64,000 nucleotides of DNA from Malacoraja senta (lineage: Eukaryota), in contig JAXLNO010000291.1 in NCBI GenBank assembly GCA_038087875.1, positions 1-64,000 of the forward strand, read 5' to 3'. Each line of letters starts with the position of its first letter. Positions within the stretch are counted from its first letter, which is position 1. The notes beneath the pieces are model-generated. The model ran no database searches, was not told where the DNA came from, and saw only the letters and a list, made by a program, of their open reading frames with translations. The translations under genes were made by a program, and so were the position numbers. Positions 1 through 12,712 of the stretch are shown one piece after another.

Positions 1-151
1 TCCCTTGGTGAGGAGTGGAGAACCAGACCGTGATTGTACAAACCCTAGTTATTGTGCTCCACTTTAGGAAGGCACAGTTGTGTCAAGTTGAATAGAAACC
101 CTGTTTAATTCTGTTTGTCATTACTGCATACATGTTGGTGCAGGGGTTTGA

Positions 152-277
<126 letters not shown>

Positions 278-379
278 TGAGAGAACCTGCTTCATCCGTG
301 TGCTCACCCAACACCAATGCCATAGATAACCTGACTAGCCTTAATGTCCTTGCTCTCAGCATGGAGGATGCCATGAAGA

Positions 380-690
380 TCCAGCTGTGGCTCAGGGGCT
401 GCAGTTTGTGTGTGGGTTAATTCCAATCCAGACCGACACGTCAATGCAGTGCTGAGGGAGTGCTGCAGTGTCAGAGAGGGGGGGGGGGGGGGGGCTGTTT
501 GTGGATTATTTGCAAAAGTCAAGCCCCCTTTGCCTTTTTTCCAGTCTAAATGTAAAAGATCAAATGTAACTTTGGAAAGCGTGGGAGGTTTGCTTGGTTT
601 AATGGCCAACACGTAATGAAATGCAGAGTGTTCTGTGGGATCTTGCTGTGTGTGCAGGAGGGTAGTTGGCTGCTGCTGTTTCCACAGTAG
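380..690 (+). mobile_element. Degenerate Deu-domain SINE (SacSINE1/AmnSINE-like) in the last ZSWIM intron
   Basis: Motifs gctgagggagtgctgca, gtaaaagatc and tgtgggatcttgctgtg...ttggctgc occur in the order I recall for DeuSINE consensus; not aligned computationally. Confidence 0.5.
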
Positions 691-741
691 AGCAATGAGC
701 CGTTGTGGCCAGTTATCTGTGGGACCCTAACTCAGTAATAA

Positions 742-1680
<939 letters not shown>

Positions 1681-3445
1681 AATCCAGGGTTCCTCCTGTT
1701 CCCGAGTCTTCCTTTGTTACCGTGAACTCCTTTCTGCAAAGAGCCAAAACTGAAGTCATTCCATGTACAACATGTTGGAGAAGAGCTGGTTCAGTCCTGG
1801 TCCGAGTCCCGCCATGGGCACAGTCTAGACTGCCCAGCCTCTGGCGTTGAGAATGGGGATGCTGTCTTTGGAGTGGGGAGGGAGGGGGGCCAGACTGGAC
1901 TGTCAATATTAAACATACGGGGTGCACGGTGCCCCAACTGGGGGTCCCCAAACGTTTCACAGGCAGGAGTTAATTGTGTGGTTATTAGTAAAGACACTTT
2001 CTACTGCACACCCTGTTTACAGGGGGCTTTCCCACTTACTATTTCGAAGGGCGAGGGTGGGAAGAAGCCGTTAAATGATTTATAACAGAATGTGGCCCCT
2101 GTTTTATACAAAAGGTGTGAAGTGGTGGACTGTCACTGCAGAAGTGTGCTGTGATATTCTCTGCTCTCCTGTGTCACGTGAGCTTGGTCAGTCCTGTGTG
2201 ACCTCCATCCCTTCCCCCGCCCCCCTCCATGTCTCCCACAACTTTGCTGTTCCTCACCAGGAAGCCCTGCTGTGTTTCACTGCTGGAGCAGCGTTGAGTC
2301 TCCACTCCCGAGGCTGCGCCACAACGTCCACGGTCGGGACAGCGCCCGTCTTGCACAGGCTCCGATGACAAAGGTGCACCGTGAGTGAGATGAGCCACCT
2401 TCTCATCCATCCCCTCATTATCCAGCTCGGTAGCGACTCCGACACTTGGTGCCAAAATGGAACGTCCCATTCCCAAGCAGCCTCCGCGGTAGTTTCACTC
2501 ATCAGTATTTTTACTCGAGGTTCAACCCACTTTGCCTTTCTCTTGAATTTATTTTCTAACAGCTCATGTCCTGTCGTAAAGCTTCCTGTTAGACTGCGTG
2601 TGAGCCAGTGAACTGAACCCTTTTCCTTTCCCAACCACCATTTCCCTAAATAAGGCCACGTTTCCTTAAAGTGTAACAGTAAGTACACAATGGAACAGGC
2701 ACTCTTTCTTGCTTTGTTCTTGCCCGACCTACTGGTTAAGGGTTTGTTTTCTTCTTGTACATGTCCTGCAGCTCCACATGTCTGGAGCCATCTACACTTT
2801 GCCACAAATAGTGATGCTGTAGACTGGCTCAACAACCCTATTGTGTCAGAAACACTGCATCAGTTGGTGTGACATAGCTTGGCACTCTGTCGTGATAGCT
2901 TGGGGCACACTCCACAGAGGAGCCATCTCTTCCTTTCAGCTATTCTCTTGCCAACCCCAAATTGACCAGAACAACATTGACCCAAAAACCTCCCGGAGAG
3001 CCACATGTACCCGACTATACCAAATCTCCTGCTGTATACCTCTGAACAACACTTTGTCTCTATCTCTTGCCAACATAAACCTGCCAAACTTGAATTAAAA
3101 ACAAAAGGAAGGTCGCAGATAAAGCCATTCTGAGCAGCCGAGTGTGTTTTGTAAACCTGTGTGTGCTGTGACTGAGCCCATTCTCAGGGAAGAAGACTAT
3201 GGTTTGTAAATAGTATTTTATTTGTCAAATTAAGATGAAAATTTAAAAAAAACTTTAATTTATGGAGTATGTGTAATATAGTACTTGAATTTGTTTTGTG
3301 GGCAAGCAGGTTGTCATTCATAAACTGCACAGTGTAGGGATAAACACAACTGCTGCTGGTCAGTTTTTAATTGCTCTTGATTTTTGTACAGTGTATCCTC
3401 AATTTGTTGTTAGATATTTATTAAAGTTTGTAAATGGTTTCTCTG
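1681..3445 (+). other. 3' UTR of the ZSWIM4-like gene; candidate polyA signal ATTAAA 3420-3425; Pumilio element TGTAAATA 3205-3212
   Basis: Repeat-free sequence after the stop codon, becoming AU-rich, with ATTAAA followed by U/GU-rich sequence; transposon debris starts about 3570. The end coordinate is approximate. Confidence 0.6.
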
Positions 3446-3569
3446 TTGAGAAATAGAACCCTATTAAGATGACAAGTTGTTGGGTTTTGTTCATTTTCTT
3501 GTAACTGCAGTGAATCATCTTTTATCCCGAGTTGGCGTGACGCAAGTTCGAGGTCGGTCAGCATAAGTT

Positions 3570-4955
3570 CATGAGACACAAGCCATTCAGCCCATCAAGT
3601 CTACTCTGCCATTCAATCACGGCTGATCTATTATTTCCTCTCACCTCCTGCCTTTTCCCTATAACCTTTGACATGCTTGCTAATCCAGAGCTTGTCAATG
3701 TCTGCTTTAAAAATACCCAAAGACTTGGCCTCCACATCTGTCTGTGGTAATGAATTCCACAGATTTGCCATCCTCTGACTAAATAAATTCCTCCTCTCTA
3801 TTCTAAAGGTGCATCTGTTTATTCTGAGACTGTGCCCTCTGGTCCGAGATTCTCCCACTACTGGAAACATCCTCTCCACATCCGCTCTATGCCTTTCATT
3901 ATTCAGTAAGTTTTAATGAGATCCTGGCCCGTGGTTCAATGGTAGAGTTGCTGCCTTACAATGCCAGGGTCCCGGGTTCGATCGCGACTATGGAGTTTGT
4001 ACGTTTTCCCCGTGACCGCGTGGGTTTTCTCAGTGATCTTCGGTTTTCTCCCACACTCCAAAGACGTGCAGGTTTGTCAGTTAATTGGCTTGGTTTAAAT
4101 TGTCCCGAGTGTTTGTAGGATAGTGTTAATGTGTGGGGATTGCTGGTCGGTGTAAACTCGATTGGTCAAAGGGCCTGTTTCCACGGTGTGTCTCTAAACT
4201 CAACATAAATAAAAAATCTCCCTCATCCAGGCCCAAAGCTATCAAATGCTCCTTGTACTATAAACTAATCATTCCCTGGGATCATTCTCGTAAATCACTG
4301 GGCCCACCAACGCAAGCACATTCTTCCTCTGATGTGGGGGCCAAAACTGATCAATATTCCAAATGTCAGACCAGCGTCTTATAAAGCCTCAGCATTACAT
4401 CCTTGCTTTTATAAGCTAGTCCTCTTGAAATTAATGCTAACATTGCATTTGCCTTTCTTATCACTAACTCAATCTACAAATTAAGCTTTTGGGAATCCTG
4501 CACCAGCACTCCCAAATCCCCTTGCATCTCAGATTTCTGAATTCATTCCCTATTTAGAAAATAGTCTACGCCTTTATTCCTTCTACTAAAGTGCATGCTG
4601 TACTGTATTCAGTTTGTCACCTCTTTGCCCAACCTCCCCACCTGTTCAAGTCCTCATGTGGACTCCCTGCTTCCTCAACACTACCTGCTCTGCACAATGT
4701 ATTCTCTGCAAACATGGCCACAAAGCTCTCATCCAGATTATCAAAGTGTAACGTGCAAAGTGGTGGGCCCAACACCGACCTCTGCAGAGCACCACTAGTC
4801 ACTGGCAGTCAACCACAAAAGGGCTCCTTTATTCCCCACTGCCAGTCAGCCAATCTTGCATCCATGTTAGTGCGTTGTCTCTAATACTATGGGGTCTGAT
4901 CTTGTTCAGCAGCCTCGTGTGCGGAACCTTTATCAAAGGCTTTATGAAAATTCGT
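3570..4955 (-). mobile_element. Degraded CR1-like LINE fragment interrupted by a SINE (3925-4210)
   Basis: Minus-strand peptides ERMFPVVGESRTRGHSL and TSGALQRSVLGP (reverse-transcriptase remnants). Further CR1 pieces at about 8780-9240, 9510-10140, 19430-19670, 22855-23215, 29860-30228, 40955-41285, 50445-50810. Confidence 0.8.
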
Positions 4956-7900
4956 CACATGTTGAGTTTTGACTTTGTAATCCAAAAGTGAACTGCAGCA
5001 GATTCTGGTAACCTGAAACTAAACGCAACACGCACACACTCAACCTCTAATGACAGGTGGACACAAAGCTGGAGTAACTCCGTAAAGATGGACAAAATGC
5101 TGGAGTAACTCGGTGAAGATGGACACAAAATGCTGGAGTAACTCAGCGGGGCATCAGGGGAGAAGGAGTCTAGAGACATGGCAGGTAAGGTGTGAAAACA
5201 GATCAAAGCAGTCGATGATTTAATGGAAGGTGATTGATTCACAGCATGAACTCTGCTTCTCCAGCCACAGGTGGGTCAGACCTGCCTGAGGATCTGCAGC
5301 ATTTAGCTTCATTTTGACCTTGTGTATTCCCCTGTATTTGCGCAAACCATTTCCCGGAGAGCACCTATCTCCTGATGGCCATAGAGACAGCACAGAAACA
5401 CCACCGTCCACGCTGACCTGTTTAACCTAATGGGACATCAGCCCCAGTTTCCTGCTCCCCATATTCCCAATTTACAGTGGTCAAGTCACCTTACAACTCT
5501 TGCATCTAGGATGTGGGAAGAAATTGGAGCACCTGAACACGACCAATAGTCACAGGGAGAACATGCAAACTCTACGCAGGCAGCACCCGAGGTCAGGGTT
5601 GAACCTATGTCAATGGCGCTGAGGCAGCAGCTCTGCCAGCCTTGCCAATAGGTTGCTCAATGTGTTTGGAGTTTGACTATGTCCTGCCCTCGAATAAAGA
5701 TCAGACTTGCCCATCAACCTTCCAAACATGTACGAGTTACATAGAAAATAGGTGCAGGAGTAGGCCCTTCGAGCCAGCACTGCCATTCAATATGATCTGG
5801 CCCTTCGAGCCAGCACTGCCATTCAATATGATCATGGCTGATCATTTAAAATCGGTACCCCATTCAGCTTTTTTTCCCCTTATCCCATGATTCCCTTAGC
5901 CCTAAGAGCTAAATCTAACTCTCTCTTGAACAGTTTGTAGGTTAATTGGCTTCTGTGAATTGTCCCTCGTGTGCGGGATAGAACTAGCGTATGGGGTGAT
6001 CGCTGGTCGGTACAGATTCGGTGAACCCAAGGGCCTGTTTCCACGATTTATCTCCAAACTGATCTATGCGGCTGGTGTCTTGACCAGAGCTCGGTTAAGA
6101 TGGAGTAATTCGGGTTGAGGTCAGAGGGAGAGAAGGTTGCAGCAAGAGGAGGAAGGCAGGGTGAGGGTGGTGAAGTTGCAGTAATGGTAACACCGCTGAG
6201 CTGAGGGGGCAAGTTTCAGGATGATGTCAGGAGTGTGCAGCTCATCAGCTGTGGTGTTCACCTTCAGCTGAGCTGTGTCACGCATATGTGAAGGTGGCGA
6301 GGAAATGGGTTGTGCTTTAGGCAGTTCAACTTCTCCCAATGCTCCTGTTGCCTGGTGGGTTTTGGAAAATGCCCAGACCACCCTTGCCTCACTTGAAATG
6401 GCCGTGGACTTGAAAACATTCTCACTGGCCTTACAACTTCTTCTGTTCCTTAACTTGAAGATATTAACTGCTAGTTGAGGTAGTATTCAGCAGCAGGTGA
6501 GCAGGTCGCAGCGTGGGAACATGCTCATCCATGCTATCCGAGCTAACCCTCATTGACCATCTGACCCAATGCAACTGTTGCATGTCAGTGTCCACGCCAG
6601 GGTCTTGGAGCTCTGCCCACAAGACCAAAGCAGGTAGGGTGAGACAATAGACAACATGTTTAACTCTTGGGTAGGTAAAACAAATCATGAAGGGCATAGA
6701 GATGGGGTGGACAGCTTTTTCCCAGGGTTGGGACGTAAAACTAGAGGGCATGTTTAAGGTGAGGGGGGCAAGATTCAAAGTGTAGTTGTGGGTCCTGTGT
6801 TTTCACAGGGTGGTGGGTATCTGGAACAAGCTGCCAGAGGAAGAGACTGGTATCAGTACAATAAGTCTATCACTATTTCAAACCTCAGTGGTGAATGTCT
6901 GTTAGATCTCCCTAAAACCATGATGGTTTCTGCTTCCTATCTTCATGTTTTCATTAGATTCAAGACCTTCAGCCCAACTCTTCCCCACAAATCCCATTTG
7001 GCCCACTACCCTGAATCTCTGGCAGCTTGTTCCATGTATCCACACCTTCTCCTAGGAACCCCTTGTCTTAAACCTTTGCCCTCTGGTTTTAGACTCCACT
7101 ACCCTGGGACAAAGGCCATCTACCCTATCAATACCACCATGGTTTTATAAATCTAACATTTAAACTTTTTCAAATTGTCTGAAGAAGGCTTCTGTCCCAA
7201 AACGTCTCCTATCCACGTTCTCCAGAGATGCTGCCTGACCCACTGAGTTACTCCAACACTTTGTCTATTTAAAGGTTTTCCCTGCCCTGCCTGCCCTACT
7301 TTCCTAGATTGAATCTCAGACATTCCCTTTGACATTGGTATCTCTGAGGGATCCACACTGTTAATTTGTCTCTGCTTCAACTGCACACTCTGGCTCCACT
7401 CTGTATTTGAACACTGCTTACTGGAATCAGAGGCAAGTTCTTGGAACTGAATTCAAAATGTAAAAGTGACTCAGAATATGAAGGGATTTCAGTCTGAACA
7501 TCGTGGCTGTGGTGCATTCTGCTCGAACAACGCCTGTAATGGTGGTTTGATCTTGGTTCTACTTTGAGAACCACTCACCAAACAAGGGAAAAGCTCAAGT
7601 ATGAAGGGGAACTAGCCAGCTTTGTTCAGAAGTGGATTAAAATTTAAATCCCCACAAAATTGTAGGCAAATTGGGCAGCATCTGTGGAGAGGAAAAGTGT
7701 GCCTTTCAACCCAATGACGTTCCATGACCTCTGGCCTTGAGCATTAGCTTTTTTAACGAGAAATTAGAGTTGAAGGGTCTCCAATGAGGTAGATGCGAGG
7801 TTAGGACCACTCTCTGGTTGTGGTGGGATGATTCAGTGGTCAGATAACAGCTGGGAAGAAACTGTCTCTGAATCTGGAGGTGTGCGTTTTCACACTTCTG

Positions 7901-8010
7901 TACCTCTTGCCCGAGGGGAGAAGAGGGAGTGGCTGGGGTGAGACTGGTCCTTGATTATGCTGCTGGCCTAGCCGAGGCAGCGTGAGGTGTAGATGGAGTC
8001 AATGGAAGCT

Positions 8011-8100
8011 AGTCTGAAGAAGGGTCTCGACCCGAAACGTCACCCATTCCTTCTCTCCAGAGATGCTGCCTGTCCCGCTGAGTTATGTTGTGCCTATCTT
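8011..8100 (+). mobile_element. Penelope-like pLTR arm with intact hammerhead core (8014-8041); similar copies near 13441-13650, 17485-17632, 29275-29497, 39830-39925, 46453-46660, 49748-49880, 56608-56815, 59623-59710, 60095-60225
   Basis: CTGAAGA-A-GGGTC TC GACCC-GAAA-CGTC followed by the family sequence gatgctgcctgtcccgctgagtt. Confidence 0.7.
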
Positions 8101-10734
8101 CAATTGTGTGATCCTTCTTGCTTGTACTGCAGAGTGTGTGTGTGTCGGTGCTGAGCTGGCAGCACCAAAGATTATTCTTTGGGCAGCACCCTGGTCCATC
8201 GCTGCCTTCCAAAACCAGGCCTGGTGTGGTGGCCTGCACACTCGTGCCCCCTTGTGGAATTAATACAAAATAACCAGAGCTTCATCTTCAAATTTTAAAC
8301 ACTTGTTTTAAAACACTCAACGACCAGGTCAGAAACTTTTTTTCATTGCTAAAACCACATGCACCAATAAAAAGCAACTGTTGATGTTTATTTGCATTCA
8401 TTCCGTGGTTTCTCCCTGGCAGACTGTGTCCAGTTACACCAGTGGGAGGCGCTGGTCAGTGTATGGTGATCACAGTAAACCCGGTAATTAGTGAATGACT
8501 CGGTCTGCATGTGTTACTGCTGTTGCAGATTAACCGCATTTTGCAGATAAAAGTTTACACAGGTTTGACTGATGTTTGTTCATGATCAATGTAGGAGGTG
8601 AGAGTGAGTGTAAACCATTCGTTACCTAATGGAAATGCAAGAAACTGCAGAGGCTGGAATCTTAAGCGAGATAAGTGCTGGAGGAACTCAGCAGGTCAGG
8701 CAGCATCTGTGGAGGGAATGGACAAATGATGTTTTCGGTCAGGACCCATCTGGCTGTTGAGGGCTGGGGGAGGTACTGACTGTCTACCCTATCTACCCCT
8801 CAATTTTATACATTTATATCTATTAGGTCTCCCCTCAACCTCCAATACTTGATATAAAACAATCCAAGTTTGGTCTCTCCTGAAAGCGAATGCTCTCTAA
8901 TCCAGGCAGCATTCTGGTAAATCTCTTCTGCATCTTCTCCAAAGCCTCGATTGCCTTCAAATAATGGGTCGACCAGAACTGCACACAATATTCCAAATGC
9001 AGTTTTGCCACAGTCTTATAGAGCTGCAGCATAATTTCCTGGCACGTCGTCAATGCCCTGTGGAATGCACAGATTCCCTGTGGAATTCCATTGATCGCAG
9101 ACCTCCAGCCAGAATAATAACCTTCCACTGCAAGCCACTGGCTTAAGGAGGCCAGTTCGTAATCCAAATGACTGTCTCTTTGGATCCCATGCATCTTAAT
9201 CTTCTGTATCAGCTTACCATGAGTACCTTGTCAAAGAGTCCAAAGACATACATGTTTGTAGGTTAATTGACTTGGTATTGATGTAGAAATTGTCCCTAGT
9301 GTGTGTAGGACAGTGTTTGTGTGCAGGGATCTCCGGGTGGTGCGGACTCGGTGGGCCGAAGGACCTGTTTCCGCGTTGCATAACTAAACTAAAGTCCTTC
9401 TCGACATCATCTGCTGCCTTGCCCTCATCAATCACCTCCTCAAATAACTAAAAATTGAATTTTTACGACTTGAACTGCCACTGGGAAAGCCATGCGGCCT
9501 GCCCCTAATCTTGTACTTTTAATCCAAGCGTGAGTAAATCTGATCACTAAGTATCCGCTCCTGTAGCTTCCCATGCACTGGTGAGGCTCACCGGCCTGTA
9601 GTTTCCTGGATGATGCCTAGTTCCCTTCCTAAACAGAGGAATAATATTGGCTACTCCCCAGTCCTCTGGGACCTCTCCTGGGGCTAGAGATACAAAAATG
9701 TTTGAAGGCACCAGCAATGTCTTCCCATGCCTCATCCAATAACGTGATATAAATCCCACCTGATTTATCCACCTGAATGCTCTCAACAGCCCCAACACCA
9801 CATTCTTGATCTCAAACTGCCTGGGCATTTTGGTATTTCCCACACTGATCTCACTATGCTCCAGATGTAGGAAGGAACTGCAGTGCTGGTTTAAATTGAA
9901 GATAGACACAAAATGCTGGAGTAACTCAGCGGGACAGGCAGCATCTCTGGAGAGGAGGAATGGGTGATGTTTTGGGTTGAGCATTTTGTGTCCATCTTCA
10001 CCCTGCTCCATGTCCTTCTCCTTGGTGAATACAGATGCAAATTACTCATTTAGTTTCTCTCCAACATCCTCTAACTCCAAGCATAAATTCCCTCCTTTAT
10101 CTTTGAGCGGTCCTGCCCTCTCCCTAGTTACACTCTTGCCTAATAATGCTACAATCGCCATACCCCAATTTTGTGACTTCCTCCAAGGTTCAGACTTATT
10201 CACAACTCTTTTTTAATTGATGGAGTTGGGATTAAAAAATATCAAAAATATGTTGACACTGGGACACGCGTCACCTGCCCAGGATCATTTCCCACCACAA
10301 GGTCCAGCGTTTTCTCCTTCGGATTGGACTGTCCACATTCTGTTTCTGGAAAATCCTCTTGGGTACACCTACCAAACTATTCTGTCCAAGCCTTTGGAAC
10401 GGAGCAATTTCCAGTCAACATTGGAGAAGTTAAAGTAATCTCCAATGGTAACCTTGTTGCTTTTGCATCTTTCCATAAACCTGACTGCATATTTATTTGT
10501 TCCTCTATCTCCTGCTGGCTATTGGGAGGCCTGTGGTGACATTTTCTCTGATCTAGTAGAGCGACTCAGTCCTCCACCTCTTTTACCACCTCTAATACGT
10601 CTGAAAAATCTTCACTTGTGGACACGACATGTAAACTTGACCTGACGTGAGAGGTCTGTGTGGAGCTGTCATAGTTAAAGATGCCACTAGATGGAACTCG
10701 CAGCCAAGGAATCTCATATTACACTGCACTGTCG

Positions 10735-11268
10735 CCCTCTCACCCAGGTCTACAAAGGACTGATAGAGAGCATCCTCACCACAGGCATTACGGTGTGGTA
10801 TGGAAACACCACACAGACAGAGAGGAAGGCTCTGCAAAGAGTCATAAAGACTGCAGAGAGGATTATCAGAATGGAACTTCCCTCCATGGAAACAATCTAC
10901 ACACAGCGCTGTCAAAAAAGAGCAGAGAGAATCATCAGAGACACACTACATCCAACTCACTCCCTGCTCAAACACAAAAACTGCACATACAACCTCAGGC
11001 ACAGATGAGCGGACAGCATCGTCACAAACAGAACACGCTTTTTCAAGAGCTTCTTCCCTGCCACAGTGAGACTCTTGGCCAAAACAAAATGAACTGATGT
11101 CCTGACCCACCTCATAACATATCATAGTATATGTGTTTATAATTTATAGATTATGTGTCTTTCTGTGTGTCTTTTTAATTTGACTTGACTCTCTGAACAA
11201 CCGCACAAGAATTCCTATGTGTGTAAGCACAAATGGCAAATAAAGTTTTTGATTTTTGATTTTGATAT
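10735..11268 (+). mobile_element. Rex1/Babar-like LINE 3' end
   Basis: Peptide YKGLIESILTTGITVWYGN...ALQRVIKTAERII; aataaa and (gatttt)n tail. Confidence 0.8.
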
Positions 11269-12448
11269 TAAGCAGTAAACTGCAGCAGGGACTCAGTGGG
11301 TCGGCAGCGTCTGTGGAAGCAGAGGCAAGCTGAACTTTTCAGGGTGGAACCGAGTTCCATGGCCGTCGCAGGGTCCCGACCCGAAACGCCGTATGTCCAT
11401 CTTCTCCACAGATGCCGCCTGACCTGCTGAGTTCTTCCAGCACTTTGTTTTTCACTCCAGATTTCAGCATCTGCAGTTTGTGGTTTCCAGAAACCTGCCC
11501 CGAGTCCAGTGAACAAACAGCTCCAGTATCTCTCTGTGGGTCGTGTATCTCATGTTGCTTCATAAAGGGATAGTTATGAAGGGAAGAGATCGGGTGAAGA
11601 AGGCACGCAGTCTTTAAACCAAGGGAACCGAGAACCGGAGAACATGGGTTTCAGGTGAGAGGGGAAACATTGAATGGGAACCCGAGGGGCAACCTTTCCA
11701 CACTTGTGGGTACATGGGACAAAGTGGCGGAGGTACAATAACATTTAAAATACATTTGGACAGGTACATAGATAGGAAAGGTTCAGAGGGATATGGGCCA
11801 AACACAGGCAGGTGGGACTAGTGTAGATGGGGTATCTTGGTCGGCATGGGCAAGTTGGGCCGAAGGGCCTGTTTTGGTGCTGTATGACTCTCTGAGTTAC
11901 AATTCTTGTTCATTCATTCATTTAAAGGAGGTAACCAATCTCCATATTTGCAGCCAGGGTTGTGTTTGAGGGCAGTGGGCCGGGACATGCTGTATCCCTG
12001 TCCCCTCCCACACACCAGCCTGTTTGTTCTTCCCCCAGAGAACTGTTTGCACAGCTGCAGCCTCTCCTTTGTCCCCTCTCTCAGCAAAGGGAATGCGCTT
12101 AACAATCTCGTCCAGTTATAAAGCAGATTTTTCTAATTGTCACCCCCCTGAGCACTGGGCTGCATCTGTCTGGTCACAGAGGGTAGAGATTGGGACAATA
12201 TATCACCGTTGGACAAGACGTTGGTGTTCAGTGGCGTGGTGTTCAGTTTCAGTCACCCTGCCACAAAGTGTAAAAGATTTACGAGGTTGTGGTCGGGACT
12301 CGAGGTCCTGGAAGGGTCGGGCAGGCTGAGACTTGATTCCTCGCTCATTGGAGCTTGGCAGAGTTGTGGGAAACTTTGGTCAGGGGTTGGGTTGGGGTCT
12401 ACTTCCAGCTGACTATTTTATTAATGGTCTGAAGAGGGATCCTGACCC

Positions 12449-12712
12449 GAAACGTCACTAATCCATGTTCTCCACAGATGCTGCCTGACCTGCTGAGTTA
12501 CTCCAGCACTCTGTGAAACGTCACCTATCCATGTTCTCCACAGATGCTGCCTGACCCGCTGAGTTACTCCAGCACTCTGTGAAACGTCACCTATCCATGT
12601 TCTCCACAGATGCTGCCTGACCCGCTGAGTTACTCCAGCACTCTGTGAAACGTCACCTATCCATGTTCTCCACAGATGCTGCCTGACCCGCTGAGTTACT
12701 CCAGCACTCTGT
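12449..12712 (+). repeat. Four tandem 66-nt units derived from the Penelope-like pLTR
   Basis: Units start gaaacgtcac at 12449, 12515, 12581 and 12647; they explain the 22-aa repeat in ORF 12421..12771. Confidence 0.9.

Noticed and set aside
12449..12712. Regularly spaced repeats resembling a CRISPR array
   Set aside because: Whole 66-nt units are repeated with no unique spacers; vertebrate retroelement-derived; no cas genes.
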